Notes: a model not told the origin generated them from the letters alone. DNA of 64,000 nucleotides from an uncultured virus (IMG/VR IMGVR_UViG_2825527155_000001) (IMGVR_UViG_2825527155_000001); one strand, 5' to 3'. Positions 40,468 through 51,077 are shown, counted from the first letter of the stretch. Translations and numbers: made by a program.

Positions 40468-42022
40468 TTAGTTCCTCTTCATCAGGTTTTTCAGGTACAT
40501 CAGGCGTACCAGCCAGCTTCAGATCTCGTCGCGTAGCTTCTTCTCTTCCGCTAATCTGCGCGGCCTCTTCCCAGTTCAAACCGGACATTTCAGCGGCTTC
40601 TTTCTCTCGTGTAGAGAACGTTTCTTCTACACGCATTTTCGCCGCCTTCACTTCCTTCAGAGGATCGAGCTGTCCCTGAGATGGGCCATACCACTGAGCA
40701 CCACACCAGGCCGCCTTATATTCAGGCCCATAAAAAAAGCCGGGTGCGATAACCCGGCCTTTCGCCACTGCTTCTGATAACCATTCCTCATAAATGGGCT
40801 GGCAGAACGACAACACCATCCACTCTCGCCGCATCCTGAACATCTTCCAGGCTTCCAGAAGAGCTGCACGACTAGCGCTATAGCTGGCTGTGAAGTGTTT
40901 AACCAGCAGTTCGTATGGCAATTCAAGCGCAGCACCAATCTGGCGGCAAATAGCCACGACAAAACCATCAAATGCAGTGTTAGGTCGCCCAGGATTAGCT
41001 GTGTCTACTGACTCCCCATCACCAAGGCTAATTACAGATCCAGACCCCATTTCGATCGTATTTTCATCGTGATTATCGATCTGCTCATATTGAGGAATAC
41101 CAGCCTCACCTATTGGCCCTTCAGGAGCCTCCGTTTTAACGAATACAGTAAATAACCCAGAAACAACCGCAGCGACCAGCTCCGCATCTGTGTAGCGACC
41201 CAACTGCTTCAGCGCTTCAATAACTGGAGCCAAAACAGGAACACCGCGCCGCTGTCCAGGCCGCTCCCAATCCTGCATGACATGGAGAACATTACGTCGC
41301 CCCGTTTTCTTGCCATAAGCCGGTATTCGTTCCCACTTCCTCTGGACAAAGCTGGATGTACTCGCGGGGTGGTGCTTAGCAATCCAGTACGCAACCGGAT
41401 CGCCGTATTCACCCAGTTCAATACCGCCATACATATCAGGGATAACAGTGGTATCGGGATTACAAACGCGATCACCTTCTATGAGGTAAACGCACAAATC
41501 ATAGATAACCCCTTTCCGTTTTATTACAGGAAGCGTGGCAAACACATCACCAGACGACAACGCCGATATCTGGACCAGTGATTGAAGCTGACCAAATGTA
41601 CACATTCTTGATGCGTCACAGTTCACTGAATCAGCCCACAGACGGAACTCACGCTCCGTATTCTTTTCCCATAATCTCGCTTCTTCCGGTGACAAGCCCA
41701 GAAACTCAGCATCGATGTTAGCGTTGAGCTTTAGCCCTGAACCAACAACATTGGTTCGGATCGTTTTTATGGCTCCTGTCGCAAGAGGATTACCCATAAA
41801 AAGATCACGCGAACGTTCCCGCAATATATTCAGTGGCTTAACGATATCGTCATCCGGCGAGCCAGCTCGACTAAACCAGCCGCGCATTGATTTCTTATGC
41901 GTACTTGCACCGTGGCGGTCGTAACCTAAATTATTAATGGCTTCCAGTTTCTTCCTTGCCACAGCCCTGTTTAGCGCTCTTTGAGGTGAAAACGGTGCAA
42001 TGACCTTATCCAGAATGTTCAT
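40460..42022 (-). CDS. Portal protein, lambda family
   Basis: RERSRDL, ERPGQRRGVP, SYSASRAALLE, DPLKE motifs. Confidence 0.93.
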   Translation of the reverse strand: MNILDKVIAPFSPQRALNRAVARKKLEAINNLGYDRHGASTHKKSMRGWFSRAGSPDDDIVKPLNILRERSRDLFMGNPLATGAIKTIRTNVVGSGLKLNANIDAEFLGLSPEEARLWEKNTEREFRLWADSVNCDASRMCTFGQLQSLVQISALSSGDVFATLPVIKRKGVIYDLCVYLIEGDRVCNPDTTVIPDMYGGIELGEYGDPVAYWIAKHHPASTSSFVQRKWERIPAYGKKTGRRNVLHVMQDWERPGQRRGVPVLAPVIEALKQLGRYTDAELVAAVVSGLFTVFVKTEAPEGPIGEAGIPQYEQIDNHDENTIEMGSGSVISLGDGESVDTANPGRPNTAFDGFVVAICRQIGAALELPYELLVKHFTASYSASRAALLEAWKMFRMRREWMVLSFCQPIYEEWLSEAVAKGRVIAPGFFYGPEYKAAWCGAQWYGPSQGQLDPLKEVKAAKMRVEETFSTREKEAAEMSGLNWEEAAQISGREEATRRDLKLAGTPDVPEKPDEEELNV

Positions 42023-42258
42023 AAATCTCTCACTACAACGCGTTTAACACGCGGTCCGCGGCGAGTACCGGCAGTCATCCGCTCGACCTCATTACGCCAG
42101 AAGTCAAGCTGCTCTCTCACTTCTGAAAGATCCGCTCTGTTTAACTGCCTTGTTCCCAACTTATAGGACTGTCCACCGATTGCGATAGCCCGGTATGCCT
42201 CTTTCCAGACCGACAGCATTTCTTGAGCTTCAGTTAGCGAAATGGCCTCATAACTCAT
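42019..42258 (-). CDS. Head-tail adaptor gpW-like protein
   Basis: GQSYKLGTRQLNRADL; between terL and portal. Confidence 0.75.
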   Translation of the reverse strand: MSYEAISLTEAQEMLSVWKEAYRAIAIGGQSYKLGTRQLNRADLSEVREQLDFWRNEVERMTAGTRRGPRVKRVVVRDL

Positions 42259-42269
42259 TGATATTTCTC

Positions 42270-44129
42270 CTATGCGGTAACTCCGCGACTTCTGACTCGT
42301 CGCCGTTTTTTTTGCGTGCTTTGCTGTTGCTGTTGAACATAGACGTTTCCTCGTTGTTCCTGCCCGGCAAGCCAGTCAAAGTTGGGGTTTAGTATTTCCA
42401 TCGCCGCAGACGCATAGTTACGGCAGTCGAGTGGCTCATTTCGGTTGTAAATCTTTTCCCATTTCTCTTTTGTCTGACCATTTTTGTATTCAAAGACCTT
42501 CTTCTCTGAGAGCAAACCTTTGAAGTATTCAGTGTCATACCCTCGTTCTGAATCGACCGGGAAGTGCATATAACCGGGGCCTGGGTCGTGAAGTTTGATG
42601 CGAGCGATAATAGTGCCTTTCCCATCATCCACGCCGAGACTGAACAGCATTGCACCAATGCGGTTGTTATTATTCGGTTTGCCAATGAATGGCAGCCCCA
42701 CACCGCCGCGCCCCTTAATTGAGTAAATTCGGCGAGATTCGCGCGGTTTTGTGAACCGGTAAGTTTCTGTTGTGAAGTGACCGCCGGAGTCAACACATGC
42801 AGCGGCTATCGACAGGCGCTGGCCGTCACGGAATTGCCACGACCGGAGAAGAAACTCATCCAGCTGCTGCCAGACAGCAGATTGAGCAGGATCCCCCATG
42901 AATATTTTGTATTCAATCCCCCAGGATTCTTTGCCTTTCCCCCATCCCACAACTTCAGCGGCCAGATAACTATCCTGCACATCAACACCCGCGGTCAGAA
43001 GCAATACGCCGTCAGGTAAAAAATCCTCATACCGAACACGACGCTGCAGAAGATACTCATGGTCAATTTCTTCTTTCGCGTCCTCTTTCCACGGTTCACC
43101 CAACTTCAGGTTGATGAATTCCATTAAGCCGTTTTTATCGCGGTTTTTTGTCGCTTCGGCGAACTCAGCTACGAGCTCAGACAATGCTACCCACGGAGAA
43201 TAAAGACTGCTGATATGGAACCCAACAATACCTTTTATTTCGGGGTGCTCCGGGATCCAGACCCCTTTAGCCAGCCAGTCAACATCTGGCTTCCCTGGTC
43301 CACGGATAACATCGCCGCACTCACGACATTCGTAGCGAGCCGTTTCAGGCAACGCTTCCCCCATGTCGTTCTTATCCCATTTCACTTGCGACCATTTCAG
43401 TACCTGCATAGCCCCGCAGCAGGGGCAAGGCACTTGGTAATAACGCTGATCCGAGAGCTTGAACCACTTATGAATGTTGCTCGTTTTCTCTAACACAGGG
43501 GTAGAAACAAACACTTTTTTGCGGTTATGGAAGTTTGTCGTTCGTTGAATACCCAGCTTTAATGGATCGCCTTCCTGCGTCACACCGTAACGGTCGATTT
43601 CATCAGCTAACAATATTCGAACTGGACGAGAAGCAAGACCAGCTGGCGAGTTAGCGCCAACCAGCGCCACATACCCTCCCGCATAGTGTTTCATACGGAT
43701 CGTAGTGCTGGACTTTTTAGCCGCGCCACGACCTTCTTTCCCTTCACGGAGCTTATTCTTTAATCCCGGAGAATACTTAAAGGTGGGATCGATACGCTCT
43801 TTCGAAAAGGCTTCAGCTGCTTCAACTGTCGGGTAAATCATCAGCTGTGGTGAGGGTTCCTGATCGGTAAAATACCCCATCACGTTGAGCTGCATTTCTG
43901 ACTTACCAATCTGCGAACTACACTGCATGACTACCGTTTCAGTATCAGCATCGCCAATAACATCCATCGGTTCACGCAGGTAAGGTACTCGACTGGTGCG
44001 CCACGGCCCCGGCTCGGGAGAAGTTCCCGGCGCCACATGACGATATTTATCGGCCCACTCAGAAACGGTTAGCCGTGATTTTGGGCGAAGCGCACGGAAA
44101 AACGCGGTGCTCCATACTGTTTCGCCCAT
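42270..44129 (-). CDS. Terminase large subunit (lambda gpA family)
   Basis: SSQIGKSE, DEIDRY, STP, GVDVQ, VDSGG, RNEPLDC motifs. Confidence 0.95.
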   Translation of the reverse strand: MGETVWSTAFFRALRPKSRLTVSEWADKYRHVAPGTSPEPGPWRTSRVPYLREPMDVIGDADTETVVMQCSSQIGKSEMQLNVMGYFTDQEPSPQLMIYPTVEAAEAFSKERIDPTFKYSPGLKNKLREGKEGRGAAKKSSTTIRMKHYAGGYVALVGANSPAGLASRPVRILLADEIDRYGVTQEGDPLKLGIQRTTNFHNRKKVFVSTPVLEKTSNIHKWFKLSDQRYYQVPCPCCGAMQVLKWSQVKWDKNDMGEALPETARYECRECGDVIRGPGKPDVDWLAKGVWIPEHPEIKGIVGFHISSLYSPWVALSELVAEFAEATKNRDKNGLMEFINLKLGEPWKEDAKEEIDHEYLLQRRVRYEDFLPDGVLLLTAGVDVQDSYLAAEVVGWGKGKESWGIEYKIFMGDPAQSAVWQQLDEFLLRSWQFRDGQRLSIAAACVDSGGHFTTETYRFTKPRESRRIYSIKGRGGVGLPFIGKPNNNNRIGAMLFSLGVDDGKGTIIARIKLHDPGPGYMHFPVDSERGYDTEYFKGLLSEKKVFEYKNGQTKEKWEKIYNRNEPLDCRNYASAAMEILNPNFDWLAGQEQRGNVYVQQQQQSTQKKRRRVRSRGVTA

Positions 44130-44134
44130 GCGGT

Positions 44135-44689
44135 TTATTCTTCCTGCTTAATAAATCGGGATTCCTGAAGCGCCTGAAGCGCAAAATTAATCTCATCCTC
44201 AATGATGCGTTCAATCTCCCTTGCCGTTTTTCCCTCACAGCGCGGGGCGGCACGGGGAGCAATACTAAACAACCGACTTCTCAACTCGTTTGCAGCGAGA
44301 AAAGCATCATCAGCAACGGTATCTTTAGCTATAAGCGATCCTTCTTTTTCTTCGTACTCCAGCTTTTTTAATTTCGCCTGATAAACCTTTTCTGCGGTCT
44401 TGGCCTTATTGAACTGTGCAGCGACGGCAGTCGAACCACCAGCTAATCCAGCATCATCACCGGGTAGTTCAGGCTCGGTTGATCTGTGGCCTTTTTTACC
44501 GTTAATGGCTGAGGCTTCCCGGCCAACCTGTTTACTCGCCTCATACGCAGTACTGGCTGTATCAAAATCCAGTTTTCCGCTTTTCAGTACAGGTATCCGG
44601 CCAGACGCACATAACTTTGTGACCATCGCCGGAGAGATGCCTTTTCGCCTCGCAAATTCTGACTTACTGACGATGGACATCACTGGCAC
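44135..44689 (-). CDS. Terminase small subunit
   Basis: N-terminal HTH (SKSEFARRKGIS) plus coiled coil, upstream of terL. Confidence 0.8.
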   Translation of the reverse strand: MPVMSIVSKSEFARRKGISPAMVTKLCASGRIPVLKSGKLDFDTASTAYEASKQVGREASAINGKKGHRSTEPELPGDDAGLAGGSTAVAAQFNKAKTAEKVYQAKLKKLEYEEKEGSLIAKDTVADDAFLAANELRSRLFSIAPRAAPRCEGKTAREIERIIEDEINFALQALQESRFIKQEE

Positions 44690-45270
44690 CTGTCAGCGAG
44701 GTATTTAACAAACCCTTCATGGGTCTCATGCGCATCGTGGTACTGGCGGTATACATCCAGTAACAGCGCAATCTCTGTATCAGTTGCCGGGATACGGTCT
44801 TTATCAATGGTGAGATACTTAATCTGAACGATCGGCGGTGCGTCATCTTCCTCAGATGGGGGAGGCTCAACATTTAACATATCGTCAATCTCAGAATCGC
44901 TAAATCCGAGTAACTCAATGTCAAAATCGCTATCAACCAGCTCACTGACTTCTTCGGCAAGCAGCTGCATATCCCATCCGGCATTTAATGCCAGCTTGTT
45001 ATCAGCAATGCGATAGGCTTTTTTTTGCTTTGGTGTAAGACCCGTTAGCCTGATGACAGGTATCTTCTCTATCTCCAGAACTTCAGCAGCAGTCAGACGT
45101 CCATGCCCCGCAATAATTTCATTGTCCTCGTCGATCAGCACCGGGTTCGTAAATCCAAACTCCCGGATGCTGTTGACGATTTGATCCACCTGCTCATCAG
45201 AGTGAGTTCGTGAATTTTTAGCGTAACGAAGCAGTTTGCCACGCGGCAAATATTCGATTTTTAGCATCAT
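44680..45270 (-). CDS. ParB/Srx N-terminal domain protein
   Basis: NSRTHS, SIREFGFTNPVL, IIAGHGRL, IADNKL motifs. Confidence 0.88.
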   Translation of the reverse strand: MMLKIEYLPRGKLLRYAKNSRTHSDEQVDQIVNSIREFGFTNPVLIDEDNEIIAGHGRLTAAEVLEIEKIPVIRLTGLTPKQKKAYRIADNKLALNAGWDMQLLAEEVSELVDSDFDIELLGFSDSEIDDMLNVEPPPSEEDDAPPIVQIKYLTIDKDRIPATDTEIALLLDVYRQYHDAHETHEGFVKYLADRCQ

Positions 45271-45289
45271 TTTTTCACCACGATTGTCA

Positions 45290-45713
45290 GTCGGTAAAAG
45301 AAAACCGAGTAACCCAATGAAAACAAAAAGGAAATTACAGAATCTTTTTACCCGTAGAGGGTAAAAGAAAACAACATAATTGTCTGATTTTATTGCATTT
45401 TAATGGATAAAAAGGATCTAAATCGATGCAATGAGTAAAAAAATAGATATAACAGACTGAAAATAAAGAGCTTTGTTTAATCTTTTGTTTTTAAGGTTAA
45501 AAAAACAGATGTAACTCGATGATATTTAAGATAAATAACCATCTTCTTTTTACCATTAGCAAACCAGCTAAAAACACTATTTTCCTTCTATAAATCAATC
45601 AGATAATTCAATTCTTTTTACCGATCACTTTTAACCTAACTTTTCCGGCGTTCAGCTAGTCGATTCTCGGGGTTCGAATGACCCGCATTCAACGCTCCTG
45701 CCCAGAAGGACCC
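45290..45713 (-). other. Putative cos region
   Basis: cosQ-like GGGTCCT at 45707-45713 (minus strand), dyad at 45668-45685, then repeated GGTAAAA(A)GA motifs toward the terminase genes. Confidence 0.5.
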
Positions 45714-45793
45714 AAAGGAGCTGGCAGGTGATCACACAGGCTGTCCGCCAGCTCCTCAGAGTCAGCCGCAGCACGTCGCACACGTGGCGAATA

Positions 45794-46510
45794 TTAGTCG
45801 AACTTCTTAGCGAGTAACTCATCAATAGCCTTTGCAATCTCCTTAGTGAAGGCCGCTTCACCTGCCCGCAGAGCAACACCGTGCCAGTCAAGCCGCTGCG
45901 AATAGTTGGGCTTCTGTATGAACGTTAAGATCAACGACGGTCGACGCCCCACACGCAGCCACACGCCAGGCTGTAATGGGTTACTCGTACCAGGACGAAT
46001 AACAAAGAACTCCGTAGGCTTGCCCTGACGGCGGTTCTGATGCACATCGCGCTGTACACGCAGACTGGACAGCACTTGCTGCAGTTGCCCCCGGTTAATA
46101 TTCCCGTATTTGTCCCGCTTTGCGCCGGGACCAGGGGCAACCTGCCAGCCGTTCGGCAGATAACCACCAGCCCTCAATGCACCTTCAGAGCGCTTATACT
46201 GGCGCTCTCCCCCCTCAATCTGCGGCGTTAACGTAGTTGGCGCAGGTGTACCGCCCCACTCACGAGCATAAACAACAGCTTTGGGATCGCTTTTTTTAGC
46301 GGCCAGAATATACGTTGAGTTCAAAATCCACGGTGTCGGGTTGTCAAACACACGGCTGATTTCATCCTTTAGCGCCAACTGCGCCGCCTTAGCCGTTCTG
46401 GTTGCCGTAAGTGCCATCGCAAACGGTATTTCACGTTCTTCCAGACGCATGAGCTGGCGCTGAACATCCTGAGCGTCAAAATCTAACTTAACTTCAATCT
46501 TGTCAGCCAC
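45794..46510 (-). CDS. Conserved phage protein (possible neck/morphogenesis)
   Basis: GTG start with G-rich RBS; long ORF before cos. Confidence 0.65.
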   Translation of the reverse strand: MADKIEVKLDFDAQDVQRQLMRLEEREIPFAMALTATRTAKAAQLALKDEISRVFDNPTPWILNSTYILAAKKSDPKAVVYAREWGGTPAPTTLTPQIEGGERQYKRSEGALRAGGYLPNGWQVAPGPGAKRDKYGNINRGQLQQVLSSLRVQRDVHQNRRQGKPTEFFVIRPGTSNPLQPGVWLRVGRRPSLILTFIQKPNYSQRLDWHGVALRAGEAAFTKEIAKAIDELLAKKFD

Positions 46511-46563
46511 CAGCGCCCCCTGCTTAATCATATGGTCAACGAAGTACAGACGCCTTTTAGCAC

Positions 46564-46722
46564 TCACGGCCTGAGACTCATGTTATCTTTGAGAATGTCG
46601 AGTACGTCCGTCTGGTCTGTCTTAACGAGACGATTCAGGATGTATGTCGCATTTATGCCAATCAGATCATTGCGTTGCGCTTTAAGCTCAGCAATTCTGG
46701 ATTGGATGTCAGGTTTTGCCAT
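46564..46722 (-). pseudogene. Fragment of a second, unrelated terminase small subunit
   Basis: MAKPDIQSRIAELKAQRNDLIGINATYILNRLV...DVLDILKD resembles the middle of pac-type TerS proteins. Confidence 0.55.
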
Positions 46723-46785
46723 GATTATGTTCCCTGTGATTAACCATTATCGCAGCCCCTCACTGAAGGGCTGCTGTAATGCCTG

Positions 46786-47079
46786 TTACTCAGTAACGAC
46801 CGCCCCTTCCGGCAATTCCACACCAGCAAACACCGGACATCCCGGATGACACTCATCTTCGACCGCCATCAGTTGTGATTCTGAATACCAGCGCTCAGTT
46901 GCGCATTTATCGGCAGCCTGATAATAAACCAGATACTGATCCTCGCCATTAAGGTACTGAGCCCGGGCCTGCACCTCACCCCATTCATCACTGATGCGCA
47001 GATTTACCAGTTGACCCAGCGAAAATTTAAACGCCTTTTCCGCCGGAAAAATTGCACAGCCGTTTTTACATTCTTTCAT
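46786..47079 (-). CDS. Hypothetical phage protein
   Basis: FKFSLGQLV...YQAADK...W..E..L; GGGGA RBS. Confidence 0.65.
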   Translation of the reverse strand: MKECKNGCAIFPAEKAFKFSLGQLVNLRISDEWGEVQARAQYLNGEDQYLVYYQAADKCATERWYSESQLMAVEDECHPGCPVFAGVELPEGAVVTE

Positions 47080-47505
47080 TACATCTTCCCCTGGTCGCAT
47101 GACCAACATTAATTGACAACACCTGATTTCAGGTGTCACTGTACGCAGCACAACAAGAAGTACTGTCAAATCGTTATTTGCCTGTCGATGAAATCACGCA
47201 AGCCCGAACAACATCGACAGGCTTTTTTTATTTACAGTGCGTACCGGGACATTTCTGCAAATTATCCGGCGCTTTGATTTGTTCCGTATGAATAAGGTTT
47301 TTCAGCCAGTGGGTTATTTTCATGAGGTGTACCAGTTTTTAGCGTCTGGTTACATTTCTGGCATATACAAAGACTGCCAGCACTCAGTACGATTGAGGTG
47401 TAGAGCTGTAGTACACAAATATCCGCGGATAAATCATCCGTCTTACGCATTACAGGAACTCTCTTCCCCCGCAGGTAAGCTCCCTTCCCTCCTGTGGGGA
47501 TTTTT

Positions 47506-47961
47506 TTATCTGCACTGTGTCCTGACGTACGCCTGCAAATATCTCAGCTTTTCCTGGTCACTGATAATTCCGGCCCTGATATCAAGAACGTTTTGTTCAG
47601 CATCAGCAGAGAGTTCGACGGTGGCTCCATTGCCCACGCCGCCGGTGGTTGCGGTTTTATCTTTACCGGACACGGGACATTTGCTCCTGACGTACATCCG
47701 GCGAGCACCAGTGGCAAGCTGGTGACGAAGAACATCATTTTCAGATTCGGCAGCATTCAGCGCCTCCGTGTGTGTTTTATCCAGTTTCGCCAGCGCCGTG
47801 TGACGCTGTTCCATATCCATAATCGTCGCGGCCTGCTGACGGGTTACACGGTATGTGGCGCGGTAATCGTCGCGCCAGCTGACTGCTTTCCGGTAATAAT
47901 GGTCAGCGGTCCAGCCAGCAACACCAAGGGCGGCAATTAAGCCAACCGTAAAGTAGTTCAT
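47506..47961 (-). CDS. Rz-like i-spanin
   Basis: N-terminal TM, coiled coil, LRYLQAYVRTQC terminus. Confidence 0.88.
   Translation of the reverse strand: MNYFTVGLIAALGVAGWTADHYYRKAVSWRDDYRATYRVTRQQAATIMDMEQRHTALAKLDKTHTEALNAAESENDVLRHQLATGARRMYVRSKCPVSGKDKTATTGGVGNGATVELSADAEQNVLDIRAGIISDQEKLRYLQAYVRTQCR
47544..47738 (-). CDS. Rz1-like o-spanin lipoprotein, embedded in Rz
   Basis: Lipobox LAGC, Pro-rich PQPPAAWAM. Confidence 0.8.
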   Translation of the reverse strand: MMFFVTSLPLVLAGCTSGANVPCPVKIKPQPPAAWAMEPPSNSLLMLNKTFLISGPELSVTRKS

Positions 47962-48474
47962 ATCACCACCAGCGGATAGCCTGAATAAAATAAGCAACCG
48001 CCGCAAGGTCAGCCGAAAATGCAACCATTAATGCACACAGCAGAATAAGGCGTTCTGTTGTTTTATCCATTTCGCTGTTGTTATCCATTCAACACCCCGA
48101 TAAGTTGTGCGACGCCCGGCAATACTTCAGCTATTCCCCAAAGTAATCCAACCACCACAACAGCGTAAAACATTCGTCTGAGAACAGGGCTTTGTTCAAA
48201 AAGCTTTAATGCTTCCACAATCCAGTCTCCTCCGCTATGCGCGGTGAAATTCACATGTAAAAAAGCCCCGCAGATGCAGGGCATTAAGTTTTATTCTCTT
48301 TGAATGTGTGTTTTTGACTGATTTTGTGCTTTCCGGACGCCCGGCGCCATGTCATTTTTTAGTGAAATACTCTATAAAATGATAATGCCTGCGAATATAA
48401 GCCAGCCCCAGCCATCATTCCCACTGATCGCAACGGCTGCCGCCATCAGAAAACATAATGCCGATACATCACGC

Positions 48475-49005
48475 TTACTCACGGTCAATCCCCCAGCACG
48501 CCAGCAATGATTCCTGGTCACGGCGTTCAACCTGCCCGTAGCAACCGTGAGCCATACCTTTGGTTTTCCGGCAGTCCTGACCGTGGTCATATACCCAGCG
48601 CCGGATTTGTGCGCAGGCCGCCAGCCGGTGTCCGGCATTCAGTTCCCGCAAAAAGGTGCTGTGTTCGCATTTTTCCAGTCCAATGTTCCACGCACAGAAT
48701 GACGCAATGCCCGCCTTCTGTGGCGGCGTCAGCGACACTTTGACTATCCGGTCGATTAACGCCAGGGCCTTTTGCTCCTGCTCACGGTCAAGCCGGTCAC
48801 ACTGCACCGGTGTCAGCACCATGCCTTTCCGGACGGGTTTACCGTCAACGTGCGTCAGCCCCTTGCAGATTGTCCAGACGCCACCTGCATCACGATAAGC
48901 GTGCGTTCTGTCGCCTTCTTCCTCGTGCAAAAACTGATTCAGCAACGTCAGCGAACTGGCCCCGCCAATAATCAGCGCCATCATGGTTTTGCTCAGGCGG
49001 TTCAT
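48475..49005 (-). CDS. Endolysin (GH24 lysozyme, SAR-type)
   Basis: Hydrophobic N-terminus; EG-x8-D-x5-T triad (EGDRTHAYRDAGGVWT). Confidence 0.92.
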   Translation of the reverse strand: MNRLSKTMMALIIGGASSLTLLNQFLHEEEGDRTHAYRDAGGVWTICKGLTHVDGKPVRKGMVLTPVQCDRLDREQEQKALALIDRIVKVSLTPPQKAGIASFCAWNIGLEKCEHSTFLRELNAGHRLAACAQIRRWVYDHGQDCRKTKGMAHGCYGQVERRDQESLLACWGIDRE

Positions 49006-49007
49006 GG

Positions 49008-49247
49008 CTATTTACCCAGATAACGGTTTATCTTGCTGGCGCGGTTTTCATCCCACCCCATATCACGTAGCTGACGTAACGTTTTTCGCCGGTAATACCA
49101 GTTCAGAAAAAATGTGGCCACACCCAGCACAATACCGGCCAGCATCGCCGCCTTGTTCCACTGCGCCTGTGTGTAGCGGTCGAGCAATCCGACCAGAAAA
49201 GAGGACACCGAAAAGCTGTAGCTGGCCACCGTGGTCGCCCTTTGCAT
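49008..49247 (-). CDS. Holin (phage 21 S-like pinholin)
   Basis: Two TM segments, basic tail LNWYYRRK, upstream of the endolysin. Confidence 0.85.
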   Translation of the reverse strand: MQRATTVASYSFSVSSFLVGLLDRYTQAQWNKAAMLAGIVLGVATFFLNWYYRRKTLRQLRDMGWDENRASKINRYLGK

Positions 49248-49928
49248 AGACGAACTCCTGAAAATAAAAAGCCCGGCAGCAACCAGTGCGCAGGGTAAGA
49301 GCGCGGTGGGTGTTACTGTCAGGCTTTGGGATTATGGACATAAAAAAGCCCCGACAAAATCGGGGCAAGGGAGTCATGTTGAAAACGATGAATTACCTGT
49401 GATGGAGTTGCGGTGCCGGGTGCCTCCCGGTAAGTACATGGACGACCAGCCAGTAACCTGCGTGAGTTCAACCGCTTTTTCCGCATTAAACGAAATGGTC
49501 GGTTTACGCCCCTCCGCTCAGGGGGATTCACCGCAACAGAACCGATGCTATTAACGGCAACTCCACTGAGTCAATATATGCCCTGTAACGCTGGGCCACC
49601 AGTACGGCATGTTATGTCCATCAGTTGGGTTCATACGTTGTATATCCGCACCTCTGCAATCGGTGCACCGTATGTTGTAAGGAAACAGGCTTCACGGGCT
49701 GGATTTATCAACAAAGCACGTAGTGAGTGATACCCGTGAGCCTGAATACGAAAAAGGCCACACAAATGCGCAGCCTTTATAACGAGAGTTTTATTATTCG
49801 AAGGCACTCCATCCAACAAACCACCCACGGTTATCAGGACTTTAACGGAGTGCTTTTGGATAAGCGCTGAACCCAAAGGTCAGTATTTTTACACAGCAAT
49901 TTTGCAAAAAGCAGCGCCCATTCAAAAA

Positions 49929-50003
49929 TGGAGCGGTCAGCGGGAATCGAACCTGCATCATCAGCCTGGAAGGCTGGGGTAATAGCCATTATACGATGAC
50001 TGC
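49929..50003 (-). tRNA. tRNA-Gly(TCC), glyT-like, with stem mismatches
   Basis: Cloverleaf with CCA end; A-C mismatches in the acceptor, anticodon and T stems. Confidence 0.75.
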
Positions 50004-50007
50004 ATTA

Positions 50008-50083
<76 letters not shown>

Positions 50084-50085
50084 AT

Positions 50086-50229
50086 TGGTCCGCCACCGGG
50101 GCCTCGAACTACAACATCCAGTTGCCGCTCTTCCCGATGAGCTAGTGGCGGCTAATGACCCTTGCTGTACTTGAACCGGCTTCAGAGCGAGTATGAGTCC
50201 CACGCTCTAACCAACCGAGCTAAAAGCAA
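50086..50229 (-). pseudogene. Two decayed tRNA-like remnants (one with a CAT anticodon loop)
   Basis: TAGCTC D-arm starts and GTTCGA/GTTCAA T-loops, but stems are broken. Confidence 0.5.
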
Positions 50230-50379
50230 GGATGCAGATAATACACAGGCCAAATTAGCCACGCAAACGCAAAGGTAAAAATCAGACATTTCCCTGAGTA
50301 CAAGCTCATTTAAAATGATGTTGATCACAAAATGCGTACGCACTTTAAGTCATGTTAAACAATGAATTAGGAATAAGAG

Positions 50380-50943
50380 GTGTCTATGCAGATTTCTGGG
50401 CTGAAAGAACTTCATAAAGACATGAGACGAAATAGTGTTACTCGGACACAGTTTCAGTACATACACAATCAGGTAGCTTTTGATGTACTGTTTTTCACAG
50501 ATAGCTCCCCGTACAAGCTTCTTTTCGGGGCTATAGGAGAAAAGTGTTGTTTCGTAGTAAACGGCAAACCAGGCTATTCAATCGATCCCTTCTTACAACC
50601 CAAGTCTACATATAGCGACTTATGTCGTGTTTTAGGTATTGAGTTCGATTCCGAAAAACCTTTCAGTACCGCGAAATTCTTTCGTCATTTTGCTGAAGCA
50701 GTTCCACATACAATAACAACGACCAAAGAACCGAAGACGCCACTAAACACTCAAGCAAACCTTAACGATGACGGAGATAAAATTTTCTTCAGTCATTGGC
50801 GCAGTAACGGCGACAGCAGCCATGTAACTGGTGCTAACCTTGAAAAAACGCAAAAAGCATTTGGAATCGAGATCGCAAATTTCTGCCTAGAGCGGAATAT
50901 CAGCAGCTGCTGGACTGTTACTGAGAAGAGAAAACCAGAGTAA
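50380..50943 (+). CDS. Moron protein (DUF6037-like)
   Basis: Antisense to the late transcript; family call from recalled N-terminal pattern GLKELHKDMR...F. Confidence 0.6.
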   Translation: MSMQISGLKELHKDMRRNSVTRTQFQYIHNQVAFDVLFFTDSSPYKLLFGAIGEKCCFVVNGKPGYSIDPFLQPKSTYSDLCRVLGIEFDSEKPFSTAKFFRHFAEAVPHTITTTKEPKTPLNTQANLNDDGDKIFFSHWRSNGDSSHVTGANLEKTQKAFGIEIANFCLERNISSCWTVTEKRKPE

Positions 50944-50949
50944 TACTGA

Positions 50950-51016
50950 ACAATGTAAGCTATGTGACGTAGTAACCACTCTTAACAGCTTACACACTTT
51001 TTTGCGTACGCGTTAG
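50950..51016 (-). promoter_or_regulatory. Putative late promoter pR'/qut region
   Basis: AACGCGTACGCAAAAA...CTGTTAAGAGTGGTTAC motif, as I recall it downstream of this Q family. Confidence 0.5.
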
Positions 51017-51077
51017 AACTTCTGTAAAATCATCATATTCTGGTTAATAGACTACCCAAAACTCTTGAGGGATTATA

